A stretch of DNA of 64,000 nt from an uncultured Collinsella sp. (GCA_958415625.1 CATYZI010000012.1:1095-65094), one strand, 5' to 3'; positions 48,987 to 58,181 are shown, numbered from the stretch's first letter. The notes: generated by a model not told the origin, from the letters alone. Program-made: numbers and translations.

Positions 48987-50417
48987 ATGACGAACAAAGA
49001 GCTGGCCCAAAAGCTGTTGGACCTTTTGGGCGGTAAAGATAACGTGCTCGCAAACGCGGCGTGCATGACGCGCCTGCGCGTGACTGTCAAAGACACGGGC
49101 AACGTCGACACGGAGGGTATTAAGGCACTCGACGGCGTGATGGGCCTGGTCGAGGACGACACGATGCAGGTCGTGCTGGGTCCGGGCAAGGTGAATAAGG
49201 TGCTCGAGGAGTTCTCCAAGCTCACCGGCCTTGCGAAAGGCGTTGCTGACGAGAGCGTGGTTGACGCTGCGGCCACAAACAAGGCCGCGCAGAAGGCCAA
49301 GTACGAGTCCAAGCCGGTTCAGGCCTTCCTCAAGAAGATTTCCAATGTCTTCGTCGCCCTGCTTCCTGGCATCATTGCGGCTGGCCTCATCAACGGTATC
49401 TGCAACGTCATTAACGTCTCGACGGCAGGCGCGCTTGCAGGCGAGTGGTGGTACCAGGGTATTCGTTCCATGGGCTGGGCCCTGTTTGCCTATCTGCCCA
49501 TCTTGGTGGGCTATAACGCGGCACGTGAGTTTGGTGGCTCCGCTGCGCTGGGCGGCATCGCCGGCATGATGTGTATCGCCAACAGTGCCATGCCCCTGCT
49601 TGCGCCTGGCGCGGCTGATCCTGCCACTGCCATTCTGCTGCCGCTCACCAATGCGCAGTACAACCCCGCAGCGGGCGGCATGATCGCGGCTCTCATCGCT
49701 GGCGCATTTTTTGCCTGGATGGAGCGTCAGATTCGCAAGGTTATGCCCAACGCACTCGACACGTTCTTGTCCCCGCTGCTGGTGCTCATCATCGGCGCCT
49801 TTGCTCTGATGCTCGTCATCCAGCCGGTAGGCGCATGGCTGACGACTGCCATCTTTAGCGTTTTGACCTTTATCTTCGAGAAGCTGGGCGTCCTGGGCGG
49901 CTATATCCTGTCGGCAGGCTTCTTGCCGCTGGTGTCCGTCGGCCTGCATCAGGCGCTCACGCCGATCCACGCTATGCTCAACGATCCCGACGGCGCTACC
50001 AAGGGTATCAATTACCTGCTTCCCATCCTTATGATGGCTGGCGGCGGCCAGGTCGGTGCCGGTTTGGCGCTGTACTTTAAGACCAAGAACGCCAAGCTCA
50101 AGAAGTACGTCGCAGAGTCCATTCCCGTTGGAATCCTGGGTGTGGGCGAGCCTCTGATGTATGCTGTTACGCTGCCGCTCGTTCGTCCGTTTGTGACGGC
50201 CTGTCTGGGTGCCGGATTTGGCGGCGCGCTCGCGGCGCTGCTTCACATCGGCACGGTTTCTCAGGGCGTTTCCGGTCTGTTTGGCCTGCTGATCGTCGTT
50301 CCTGGCCAGCAGCTCGGCTACGTTGCCGCTATGCTGCTTGCCTATGCCGCCGGCTTTGTCCTGACGTGGTTCTTCGGTGTCGACGAGCAGAAGATCAACG
50401 AGTTCTTTGGCGAGTAG
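48987..50417 (+). CDS. murP: PTS EIIBC component, MurNAc-type
   Basis: EIIB Cys motif NAACMTRLRVTV plus an EIIC membrane domain. ATG 48987 follows aaggagg. Confidence 0.85.
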   Translation: MTNKELAQKLLDLLGGKDNVLANAACMTRLRVTVKDTGNVDTEGIKALDGVMGLVEDDTMQVVLGPGKVNKVLEEFSKLTGLAKGVADESVVDAAATNKAAQKAKYESKPVQAFLKKISNVFVALLPGIIAAGLINGICNVINVSTAGALAGEWWYQGIRSMGWALFAYLPILVGYNAAREFGGSAALGGIAGMMCIANSAMPLLAPGAADPATAILLPLTNAQYNPAAGGMIAALIAGAFFAWMERQIRKVMPNALDTFLSPLLVLIIGAFALMLVIQPVGAWLTTAIFSVLTFIFEKLGVLGGYILSAGFLPLVSVGLHQALTPIHAMLNDPDGATKGINYLLPILMMAGGGQVGAGLALYFKTKNAKLKKYVAESIPVGILGVGEPLMYAVTLPLVRPFVTACLGAGFGGALAALLHIGTVSQGVSGLFGLLIVVPGQQLGYVAAMLLAYAAGFVLTWFFGVDEQKINEFFGE

Positions 50418-50534
50418 TTTGATATCGCGAGCCGTGTTGCTCGGGGCTCGCGGCGCGCGGCAGATTTCTTGATGCTATGGTTGTGCCGGCGGGGCTAACT
50501 GCTCCGCCGGCCTTTTTTAAAGGAGCGTTGAAGC

Positions 50535-51587
50535 GTGAAAACGGGTATTTCGATTTATCTTTCCAGCCCTCTGCAGGATATTGAGCGGACGATTGAGCGT
50601 GGTGCCGCGGCGGGTGCGCGCTATGCGTTCACCTCGCTGCATATTCCCGAGGATGGGGGAGCGGCGTATGCCGATAAGGTCCGTCATGTGCTGTCGCTGC
50701 TTTCCGCCCGCGGCATTGCGCTCATTGCCGATGTGGGGCCTCGCACGTGCGATTTGCTCGGGCTTGAGCGCATCGAGGACCTGCGCGATCTGGGGTTGGA
50801 ATACCTTCGTTTGGACTATGGCTTTAGCGCCCAACGGGTCGCGGAGCTGTCCGGTGTATTTCGCATTGTGGTCAATGCATCGACGGTGAGTTCTGATGAA
50901 ATCGCATCGTGGCGTGAGGCCGGTGCCGATGTGACTCGTTTTGCCGCCTGCCACAATTATTACCCCAAGCCTTATACCGGTTTAGCTCTGGAGGACATTG
51001 CTCGGGTGAATCTTCGTCTTGCGGCGCTTGGATTCGAAATCATGGCTTTTGTGCCGGGTGATGCTAACGTTCGCGGGCCGGTATTCGAGGGACTGCCGAC
51101 GGTCGAGGCGCAGCGCGGTCGCGCGTCAAAGGTTGCTCTCAATATGCTTGAGCTTGCACATGGCGCCGATTGCGACATTGTGTTGGTCGGCGACCCCGAT
51201 CTTTCCGATGCGGGCTGGGCGCAGTTTGCTCAAGTTTCCGCCGGATGCATGGATCTGCAATGCGAGCTTGAGCCCGGTTATGCCTATGTGCGCGGGCAGA
51301 TTCATCACGACCGGCCCGACTCGAGCGTCCTCATCTTTAGGTCTCAGGAGTCACGCACGACGCTTAAGCCTGATTCCGTGCCGACGGATGCCGGAGCTGG
51401 ACTGTTTCGAAAGGCGGGGTCGATCGCTGTGAGTAATAGCGGATATGGGCGCTACGAAGGCGAGCTTGAGATTGCGCGGGTCGATCTTCCCGGTGACGAG
51501 CGCATGAACGTTGCGGGCCATATCACGCCCGAGGCAATGGAGCTGCTGCCGTTCATCAAACGCGGATTCGGGGTACGGTTCGTTTAG
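50535..51587 (+). CDS. mupG: DUF871/MupG-family 6-phospho-N-acetylmuramidase
   Basis: MKTGISIYLSS N-terminus, 350 aa, and its context next to murQ-murP. Confidence 0.75.
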   Translation: MKTGISIYLSSPLQDIERTIERGAAAGARYAFTSLHIPEDGGAAYADKVRHVLSLLSARGIALIADVGPRTCDLLGLERIEDLRDLGLEYLRLDYGFSAQRVAELSGVFRIVVNASTVSSDEIASWREAGADVTRFAACHNYYPKPYTGLALEDIARVNLRLAALGFEIMAFVPGDANVRGPVFEGLPTVEAQRGRASKVALNMLELAHGADCDIVLVGDPDLSDAGWAQFAQVSAGCMDLQCELEPGYAYVRGQIHHDRPDSSVLIFRSQESRTTLKPDSVPTDAGAGLFRKAGSIAVSNSGYGRYEGELEIARVDLPGDERMNVAGHITPEAMELLPFIKRGFGVRFV

Positions 51588-51679
51588 CGTGTGACCCGTG
51601 GGCTACAATTGGCCCATCATACGAAGGCGCCTCGTGTGGCGTGTGCCTGCGTTGGCCGATCTATATTCGGAGGATTCCC

Positions 51680-52039
51680 ATGACCGTACTGTTTGTTGAA
51701 TATCCCAAGTGCTCGACCTGTAAGAAGGCCAAGGCATGGCTGGACGAACATGGGGTTGAGTATATCGACCGCGATATCGTTTTGGACAATCCCACGGCTG
51801 ATGAGTTTGCGACCTGGATTGCTCGTTCGGGGCTGCCGGTGCGGCGTTTCTTTAATTCGTCGGGCATGAAATATCGAGAGCTGGGCCTGAAGGCGCGTCT
51901 GGATGCGGGCATGACGGATCGGGAGTGCTACGAGCTGCTGGCGACCGACGGCATGCTGGTCAAGCGTCCGCTGCTGGTGGGCGACGACTTTGCGATTCCC
52001 GGCTTTAGGGAAGCGGCTTGGGCCGAGGCGTTACTGTAG
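51680..52039 (+). CDS. ArsC/Spx-family protein
   Basis: Motifs YPKCSTCKKAKAWLDEHGVEYIDRDI and MLVKRPLL. Confidence 0.8.
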   Translation: MTVLFVEYPKCSTCKKAKAWLDEHGVEYIDRDIVLDNPTADEFATWIARSGLPVRRFFNSSGMKYRELGLKARLDAGMTDRECYELLATDGMLVKRPLLVGDDFAIPGFREAAWAEALL

Positions 52040-52111
52040 CGGCTGCGGAAAGTGCGACCCGTTTTGAGTGCTCAGGGTGGGACGCACTTTCCGCCGGCGG
52101 GCCTGCCTCAG

Positions 52112-52522
52112 TCAGTCCGCCAGCTGTGCCCATTCGTGCGGATCGTAGACCTTTACGTGCTTGTTGGGCTTGCCGCTCCAGTACTCCTCGTCCATAAAGG
52201 GCAGATATGCTTGAACGCCAGGGCAGATAAAGGGAATCCGCTGCTGTTGCAGTCGCTCGCGCTGACGCTGCTCCAGGTGCGCCTCGGATATGACGGTCGG
52301 CATGCCGGACAGCTCGACGAGACTTGCCTGGATTCGCTTAAGGTCGGGGAGTCCCGCATGCCATGACGTCCGCATGATCAAAAATGAGGCACGGCGGTAG
52401 TTTGCCTGCATCACCGTGATGGCGGGGCGCAGTGCGGGATGGATTTTGTTCCGTTCGGGCCAAGGGCCAGCAGTGATCTCGAGGCCCAGGGTCTCCCATA
52501 GGTAATCAAGCTCTTCGTCCAT
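52112..52522 (-). CDS. Hypothetical protein
   Basis: 136-aa ORF with an SD (gagg) 5 nt upstream and coding-like codon usage. No recognisable motif. Confidence 0.5.
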   Translation of the reverse strand: MDEELDYLWETLGLEITAGPWPERNKIHPALRPAITVMQANYRRASFLIMRTSWHAGLPDLKRIQASLVELSGMPTVISEAHLEQRQRERLQQQRIPFICPGVQAYLPFMDEEYWSGKPNKHVKVYDPHEWAQLAD

Positions 52523-52725
52523 GGCGCCTCGATATCTACGCGATCATTGATACTTCGATTGTGTTGCCTGGTGCTATCGTTTTCGCGGTAGAATCTGCCA
52601 ACGGTTGACGGCTACCGCTCGCGGCGTTTTGCCCTTCGTGTACAGCGGTCGGCTTCACAGGTCCTTCACGGGTTGGACGAAATTAGGCCAATTTGGCCGA
52701 ATTTCAAAAAAGTCAAAATTGGGGC

Positions 52726-52754
52726 TTGCGTCATGGCGTGACTTCCCGTATATT
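52726..52754 (+). promoter_or_regulatory. Promoter of the tRNA-Gln/Glu pair (TTGCGT-17 nt-TATATT)
   Basis: Hexamers with exact 17-nt spacing, about 45 nt upstream of tRNA-Gln. Confidence 0.55.
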
Positions 52755-52798
52755 TCTTTCTTGCGCAAAGGCACAGCCGAGCGCAGCGATGCAGTCAT

Positions 52799-52872
52799 TG
52801 GGATGTCGTCTAATGGCAGGACAGCGGATTCTGGTTCCGTCAATGGGGGTTCGACTCCCTCCATCCCAGCCA
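52799..52872 (+). tRNA. tRNA-Gln (anticodon CTG), CCA encoded
   Basis: Folded by hand. Acceptor tgggatg/catccca, anticodon loop ttCTGgt, T-arm ggggg-ttcgact-ccctc. Confidence 0.9.
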
Positions 52873-52889
52873 TTGCATTTGCTACATAT

Positions 52890-52963
52890 GGCCCGTTCGT
52901 CTAGCGGTTTAGGACGCCGCCCTCTCAAGGCGGAGATCACCAGTTCGAATCTGGTACGGGCTA
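52890..52963 (+). tRNA. tRNA-Glu (anticodon CTC)
   Basis: Folded by hand. Acceptor ggcccgt/acgggct, anticodon arm ccgcc-ctCTCaa-ggcgg, T-arm accag-ttcgaat-ctggt. Confidence 0.9.
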
Positions 52964-52977
52964 CCCACAAAAGAATG

Positions 52978-53005
52978 CCCGGGCCTCGCAAGAGACCCGG
53001 GTTTT
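52978..53005 (+). terminator. Terminator after tRNA-Glu
   Basis: Stem cccgggcctc/gagacccggg (1 mismatch), GCAA loop, tttt. Confidence 0.75.
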
Positions 53006-53061
53006 GTGTATCGACCGTTTATACGGCGCCTGCCGTGTTTCGCTCAGATCGAGGAGTAGCC

Positions 53062-53979
53062 ATGGATCTGCCCATCAGCTTGCAAGACATCACGTATGCC
53101 GAGAACTATCTGGCGCAGGGCGACCTGGCTACGGCGACGCCGCTGTTGGAGCGCCTGGTGGAGCTCGCCGAGGAGTATATCGACGCCGAGTGCAAGACGG
53201 AGGAGAAGCGCCAATACTTTAGCTTCGACAGCAAGTTTGAGCGCTTGGCCTATCGCCGCGTGGAGAAGGATCCGCGCGAGCTCGTGCAGGTCGAGGTTCC
53301 CTTTGACCGCCTGTACTCTGATATGGCGTTTGCCTACATTCGCCAGCAGGATTATGTGAGCGCTCGTAATGCCCTGATGCAGGCTGTGCGCTGGGACCCC
53401 ATGAACTGCAACTATCGCTTGGACCTGGCCGAGCTGTTCCGCGCACTCGAGGACAAGCAGGAATGGGCATCGCTCTCGTTTTCGGTGCTGGAGCGTGCGA
53501 GCGACGGCAAGTGCGCCGCCCGCGCCTATTCCAACCTGGGCCAGTACTTCTTGGAGCCCGAGACCGAGAATGTCTCGGCCGCCGTGGGTTGCGCGCGTCT
53601 GGCACTGCGCTTAGCGCCCAACGATGCACACACGACGCGCCTGCTCAACAAGATCCATACCACCTATCCGGATGCCGCCGAGGAGAGCGACGAGCACGTG
53701 ATGGGTGAACTGGCCCTGCAAGGCGTGCCGACCTCGCCTTCGGCCGAGATTGCCATCTGCCTGATTATGTGCGCGACAGATGCTGCAAGCGACGGCGACA
53801 AGCAGGAGGCCACGCGCCTGACGGTGCGTGCTCGCGACTTGGTGGGCGAGGAGGCCTGCGCGGCGATTATCAAACTGGTGCGCGAGAGCGACGCTGAGCT
53901 CAATGCTGAGCGCAAGGCAAAGCGCGATGCCGCGGGCTCAAACGCCGATGGAGCCAAGGAGGCCGGCGATGCCCAGTAA
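53062..53979 (+). CDS. Hypothetical protein, TPR-like helical repeats
   Basis: ATG 53062 follows gaggag. The ORF-track start 52693 runs across both tRNAs and is rejected. Confidence 0.6.
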   Translation: MDLPISLQDITYAENYLAQGDLATATPLLERLVELAEEYIDAECKTEEKRQYFSFDSKFERLAYRRVEKDPRELVQVEVPFDRLYSDMAFAYIRQQDYVSARNALMQAVRWDPMNCNYRLDLAELFRALEDKQEWASLSFSVLERASDGKCAARAYSNLGQYFLEPETENVSAAVGCARLALRLAPNDAHTTRLLNKIHTTYPDAAEESDEHVMGELALQGVPTSPSAEIAICLIMCATDAASDGDKQEATRLTVRARDLVGEEACAAIIKLVRESDAELNAERKAKRDAAGSNADGAKEAGDAQ

Positions 53980-54439
53980 GCGCGAGCGCAAGCTCATCTC
54001 CAAGAATCGCTCGGCACACCACGAGTACTTTATCGATGAGACCTTTGAGTGCGGCATTGAGCTGAGTGGCACCGAGGTTAAGTCGATTCGCGAGCGCGCG
54101 TGCCAGATCACCGACACCTTTGCACTGATTCGTGGCGGCGAGTGCTGGCTCGTGGGGCTGCATATTCATCCTTATAGCCATGGTGGCGTGTGGAACCGCG
54201 ACCCTGATCGCCGTCGTCGTCTGCTGCTGCACCGCAAGGAGATTGACTTTCTCGACGGTAAGCTACGTAATCGCGGCTATGCCCTGGTGCCGCTGGAGCT
54301 GTATTTTAATACCGACGGCCGCGTAAAGCTGCTGCTGGGCCTAGGCCGCGGCAAGAAGCTTTACGACAAGCGCGAGGATATGGCCAAGCGCGACGTTCAG
54401 CGCGAGATTGACCGCGCCCTCAAGGAGCGCAACCGTTAG
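53969..54439 (+). CDS. smpB: SsrA-binding protein SmpB
   Basis: Motifs ISKNRSAHHEYFIDETFECGIELSGTEVKSIR and LLLHRKEI. Confidence 0.93.
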   Translation: MPSKRERKLISKNRSAHHEYFIDETFECGIELSGTEVKSIRERACQITDTFALIRGGECWLVGLHIHPYSHGGVWNRDPDRRRRLLLHRKEIDFLDGKLRNRGYALVPLELYFNTDGRVKLLLGLGRGKKLYDKREDMAKRDVQREIDRALKERNR

Positions 54440-54450
54440 GCACTCTGTAT

Positions 54451-54519
54451 AAGTTGCGGTGGAATAGTTCCTGTTTGAGGCCAAATAGCCGACAAGCAGG
54501 AACTATTTCACCGCAACTT
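54451..54519. repeat. Palindromic repeat family A, copy 2
   Basis: 23-bp arms aagttgcggtggaatagttcctg/caggaactatttcaccgcaactt (1 mismatch) with a 23-nt loop. Confidence 0.75.
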
Positions 54520-54647
54520 GGTGGAGAGACTTGGCTGACCTGCAATCTTGGCACATATATGTATAGGGCGGTGTCCGTTACGGGCGCCGTCTTTTTGTGG
54601 GTACATACATCCATAAGGTACCAACCCGGGTTAGGGGAGTGATCGTT

Positions 54648-55151
54648 ATGGACAAAACTGCGTTCTTTACCATGCCGAGCGGTCTGTACGTGGTGAGCGC
54701 CGCGGCAGACGGGCTGCGCGCCGGCTGCGTCATCAACACGGCGGTGCAGGTGACGTCCGCACCGCCGCGCATTTCGGTTGCCGTGAACAAGGACAACGTT
54801 ACCTCGGGCGTCATCGCATCGGCCAAAGCGTTCGCGCTGACCGTGATCGATCAGACCGCCGACATGCTCTACATCGGTAACTTTGGGTTCCGCACCAGCA
54901 GCGATTATGACAAGTTTGCCAAATACGAGACCCGCGAGACGGCTCTGGGCATGCCCTATGTGCCCGAGCACGCGGCAGCGCTGTTTAGCTGCCGTTTGAT
55001 CGACACTGTGGATGTGGGCACGCATCTGCTGTTTATCGGCGAGGTCGAGGGTGCCGAGCGCCTGAGCGACGAGACGCCGCTGACGTACGACTACTATCAC
55101 AAGGTTCTGAAGGGCAAGACGCCTCCGAAGGCCTCGTCCTATCAAGGCTAG
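54648..55151 (+). CDS. Flavin reductase-like domain protein
   Basis: Motifs PSGLYVVSAAADGLRAGCVINTAVQVTSAPPRISVAVNK and HLLFIGEV. Confidence 0.8.
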   Translation: MDKTAFFTMPSGLYVVSAAADGLRAGCVINTAVQVTSAPPRISVAVNKDNVTSGVIASAKAFALTVIDQTADMLYIGNFGFRTSSDYDKFAKYETRETALGMPYVPEHAAALFSCRLIDTVDVGTHLLFIGEVEGAERLSDETPLTYDYYHKVLKGKTPPKASSYQG

Positions 55152-55240
55152 AATTGTTGTAAAAACACTTGCATTATTTTATTGAGAACATATACTAATA
55201 AGCGAAGTACATCACCAGTCGCGTTCGAGAGGAGAACATC

Positions 55241-55384
55241 ATGGCTGAGGAGAAGAAGACGTATAAGTTTGTGTGCGTCGTTTGCGGTTACGAAGTTGAG
55301 GTCGATACGCCCGAGCTGCCCGAGGACTACGTGTGCCCGGTGTGCGGCGTCGGTCCCGATCAGTTTGAGCTCGTCGAGGAGTAA
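55241..55384 (+). CDS. Rubredoxin-like protein (47 aa)
   Basis: My own translation gives [47 protein letters not shown]. It has two CxxCG knuckles and an SD gagaggag. Confidence 0.8.
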   Translation: MAEEKKTYKFVCVVCGYEVEVDTPELPEDYVCPVCGVGPDQFELVEE

Positions 55385-55425
55385 CTCGCAGGCACACGGC
55401 GAAAGCCGAACATAGCTCTGTCCAA

Positions 55426-55460
55426 GGGTCCCGGCTGGATATTCCGGCTGGGACCCTTTT
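55426..55460. terminator. Hairpin terminator between convergent rubredoxin and mntH
   Basis: 13-bp stem gggtcccggctgg/ccggctgggaccc (2 G.U), followed by tttt. Confidence 0.7.
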
Positions 55461-55491
55461 GATTTATCTGACGGTTTAAAACGGCCTTACG

Positions 55492-55507
55492 TGTTACAGA
55501 TTGAGAC
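55492..55507. repeat. Solo arm of repeat family D (tgttacagattgagac)
   Basis: Identical to the right arms of the array at 57781-58000. Confidence 0.6.
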
Positions 55508-55536
55508 GTTATATCTGGACAGCCACGCTATCCCAA

Positions 55537-56793
55537 TTACATCCCCGTTAGCAGCACGATGTCGAGAATCGTCACGATGACGCCGATCCCTACGAGCAGC
55601 GCGTTGAGCGGGCGCGAGTTGGCGTATTTGCCCATAACGCGGGGCGAACTGGTGAGTCGTATGAGCACAAAGACCGTAATCGGCAACTGAAGCGACAACA
55701 ATGCCTGACTCCAGATGAGACCCTCAAAAGGATTCGGGACGATCAGGCACGCCGCCACTGCGCCGACGAAACAGACCGCCACTCCAATCGATGAGTGCCG
55801 GTCGTGGATGTCGTATTCCTCGTCGAACATGCCCGCGGTGATGGTTCCCGCCGCCATGCCCGCTGTCACGCTGCTCGATAGTCCCGCGAACAGCAGCGCT
55901 ACCGCAAAGATGGTCGAGCTCGCCGGGCCCAAGATGGGGGAGAGCGTGGCCGCTGCGACGGCGAGGTCGTCTACGACAATGCCGTGCGCAAAGAAGGTCG
56001 TTGCGGCCAGGATGACCATGGCCGAGTTGATCGCCCAGCCCACGCCCATCGAAAAGAGCGTGTCGAAGAGCTCATAGCGCAGACGCTCTTCGATAACCTG
56101 CTCGCCTTGGCCTTCGAAGTGCATGGATTGGATGACCTCGGAGTGCAGGAAGAGGTTGTGGGGCATAACGACCGCGCCTAGGACACTTACGATAATCGCG
56201 GCCGAGCCGGTGGGCATACGGGGTGTGATCCAGCTTGTGGCGGCTTGCGGCCAGTCGACGTTGACTAGTGCAAGCTCGGCCAAAAACGAAAGTCCTACCA
56301 CGCCCACGAAGGCGATGATCCATCGCTCGGCGCGTTTGTAGGAGCTTGTCATGAGCATGGCAATCGATGCCGCCGCGACGATGACGCAGCCGGCGCGTAC
56401 GGGCAGGCCAAAGAGCATTTGAAGCGCGATCGCACCGCCCAGGACTTCGGCCATGGCGGTGGCGATGGTCGCGAGGTAGGCGCTGGCGAGCACCGTGCGC
56501 CCAACGAAGCGGGGGAGAAAGCGGGTCGTGGCCTCGGCAAGGCAGGCGCCCGTGGCGATGCCCAGGTGCGCCGCGTTGTGCTGCAAGACGATCAGCATAA
56601 TCGTGGACAGCGTGACGATCCACAGCAGCGCGTAGCCAAACTGCGAGCCCGCGGCCATATTGGAGGCCCAGTTGCCCGGGTCGATAAAGCCGACGGTCAC
56701 GAGCAGCCCGGGGCCGATATGCCGCGCAATGTCTAGGCCTCCGTGACCACCGGTGCGTCGGGAGCCAAAGTGTTGTTTGAGATGGTTGAGCAT
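55537..56793 (-). CDS. mntH: Nramp-family divalent metal transporter MntH
   Basis: Motif GPGLLVTVGFIDPGNWASNMAAGSQFGYALLW. The start could be ATG 56793 or 56829. Confidence 0.9.
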   Translation of the reverse strand: MLNHLKQHFGSRRTGGHGGLDIARHIGPGLLVTVGFIDPGNWASNMAAGSQFGYALLWIVTLSTIMLIVLQHNAAHLGIATGACLAEATTRFLPRFVGRTVLASAYLATIATAMAEVLGGAIALQMLFGLPVRAGCVIVAAASIAMLMTSSYKRAERWIIAFVGVVGLSFLAELALVNVDWPQAATSWITPRMPTGSAAIIVSVLGAVVMPHNLFLHSEVIQSMHFEGQGEQVIEERLRYELFDTLFSMGVGWAINSAMVILAATTFFAHGIVVDDLAVAAATLSPILGPASSTIFAVALLFAGLSSSVTAGMAAGTITAGMFDEEYDIHDRHSSIGVAVCFVGAVAACLIVPNPFEGLIWSQALLSLQLPITVFVLIRLTSSPRVMGKYANSRPLNALLVGIGVIVTILDIVLLTGM

Positions 56794-56868
56794 GGTGCGC
56801 TCCTGCGTATGGGCGGCGTGACGTCGCATCTGGGTCGTGCGGCGCCACGCGTCGGATTTGGGTTGGGG

Positions 56869-57642
56869 CTACTTGTGCGCTTTGCCCTGATTGGCCACGG
56901 CGTCGATCTTGGCGGCGATGGTCGCCGGGTCGCCGATGTAGCGCTTGTCGAGGACATTGAAATCGGTATCGAAGGTGTAGACGAGCGGCACGCCGGTGGG
57001 GATGTTGACCTTGAGGATCTCCTCGGGCGTGAGGTGCTCGAGCTTCATGACGAGTGAGCGCAGGGAGTTGCCGTGTGCGGCGATGAGTACGCGCTTGCCG
57101 GCGAGCATCTGGGGGCGAATCTCGTCTTCGAAATAAGGCCAGGCGCGGGCGATCGTGTCCTTGAGGCACTCGGTATAGGGCAGCTGATCGGGCGCGACAT
57201 CACGGTATTGCTCCTGGGTGTGGGGATCGCGCGCGTCGTCCGGCTCGAGTGCCGGCGGGCAGACATCGAAGGAGCGGCGCCAGATGAGCACCTGCTCGTC
57301 GCCGTGCTCCGCTGCGGCATCGGCCTTGTTGAGACCCTGCAACGCTCCGTAGTGGCGCTCGTTGAGCTTCCAGGATTTGATGACGGGCAACCACTCGCGA
57401 TCCATTTGGCCGAGCACGATGTCGAGGGTGTGAATTGCGCGCTTGAGACGCGAGGTGTAGCAGACGTCGAAGTCGAAGCCCGCTTCTTTGAGGGCTCGAC
57501 CGCCTGCTGCGGCTTCTTCGCGGCCCGTGTCGGTGAGCTCAACATCGGTCCAGCCGGTGAACAGGTTGAGCTTGTTCCACTCGGACTCTCCGTGACGGAT
57601 AAGGACGAGTTGCATCGTCTGCTGGTCTGCTTGGTGCGCCAT
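56869..57642 (-). CDS. gpmA: 2,3-bisphosphoglycerate-dependent phosphoglycerate mutase
   Basis: Motifs LIRHGESEWNKLNLFTGWTD and AAHGNSLR. Confidence 0.95.
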   Translation of the reverse strand: MAHQADQQTMQLVLIRHGESEWNKLNLFTGWTDVELTDTGREEAAAGGRALKEAGFDFDVCYTSRLKRAIHTLDIVLGQMDREWLPVIKSWKLNERHYGALQGLNKADAAAEHGDEQVLIWRRSFDVCPPALEPDDARDPHTQEQYRDVAPDQLPYTECLKDTIARAWPYFEDEIRPQMLAGKRVLIAAHGNSLRSLVMKLEHLTPEEILKVNIPTGVPLVYTFDTDFNVLDKRYIGDPATIAAKIDAVANQGKAHK

Positions 57643-57780
57643 AGGGGCCTCCTTGATCTGGCACGGTGTGCGTGCCGTTTGCTTGACGCCGCAAAGGATA
57701 CCCGTTTTAAGCTTAAAAGTTAACCAAGACTAACAAAATTGTTGTATTTGAATGGGATGGTGAAAGGGGGCTGCCGAAAT

Positions 57781-58000
57781 GTCTCGATCTGTAACAACTA
57801 GGGATGGAAATTGGGCCTAGGTGTTACAGATCGAGACAGGAAGAAATGGTCCTATGGAAAATCTCGATCTGTAACAGTTAGCTGCAAAAACCGGCCCTTC
57901 ATGTTACAGATTGAGACATTCGGAACCGTCTCTCGAAAACATCTCAATCTGTAACAGTTAGTCGTCGTAATTGGGTCTTACTGTTACAGATTGAGATGTT
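57781..58000. repeat. Array of three tandem about 79-bp units, each an internal hairpin (repeat family D)
   Basis: Stems of 22 bp (1 mismatch), 15 bp (1 G.U) and 20 bp (perfect), built on gtctcgatctgtaaca/tgttacagatcgagac. Confidence 0.85.
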
Positions 58001-58181
58001 TGAAGAGGTGAGTTTGCAGGCCGAACTTGGGGCCTATGTTTTCGCCCTTGAGGTCGGCGGTGCCCACTCGTAAGGTGTGCGTTACGCGATTGTTTCGAAA
58101 CGGGCGGGAAACACAACGGGCCGGCGATGCTCCTACTATGCCTATTCAACTGACTGTCTAAATATCTAGGGGAGGATCGCG

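Noticed and set aside
52693-53061. N-terminal 123 residues of ORF 52693-53979.
   Set aside because: This part reads straight through tRNA-Gln, tRNA-Glu and their terminator. The real start is ATG 53062, behind gaggag.
54440-54647. tmRNA gene next to smpB.
   Set aside because: The gap is only 208 nt. It is filled by a family-A palindrome and a terminator-like hairpin. There is no tRNA-like acceptor/T-arm and no tag reading frame.
57781-58000. Possible CRISPR array, because of regularly spaced repeats upstream of gltB.
   Set aside because: The repeated 16-mer alternates in orientation, so each unit is an inverted repeat forming a hairpin. The 'spacers' are themselves related between units. 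No cas genes are nearby. A tandem palindromic (BIME-like) repeat fits better.
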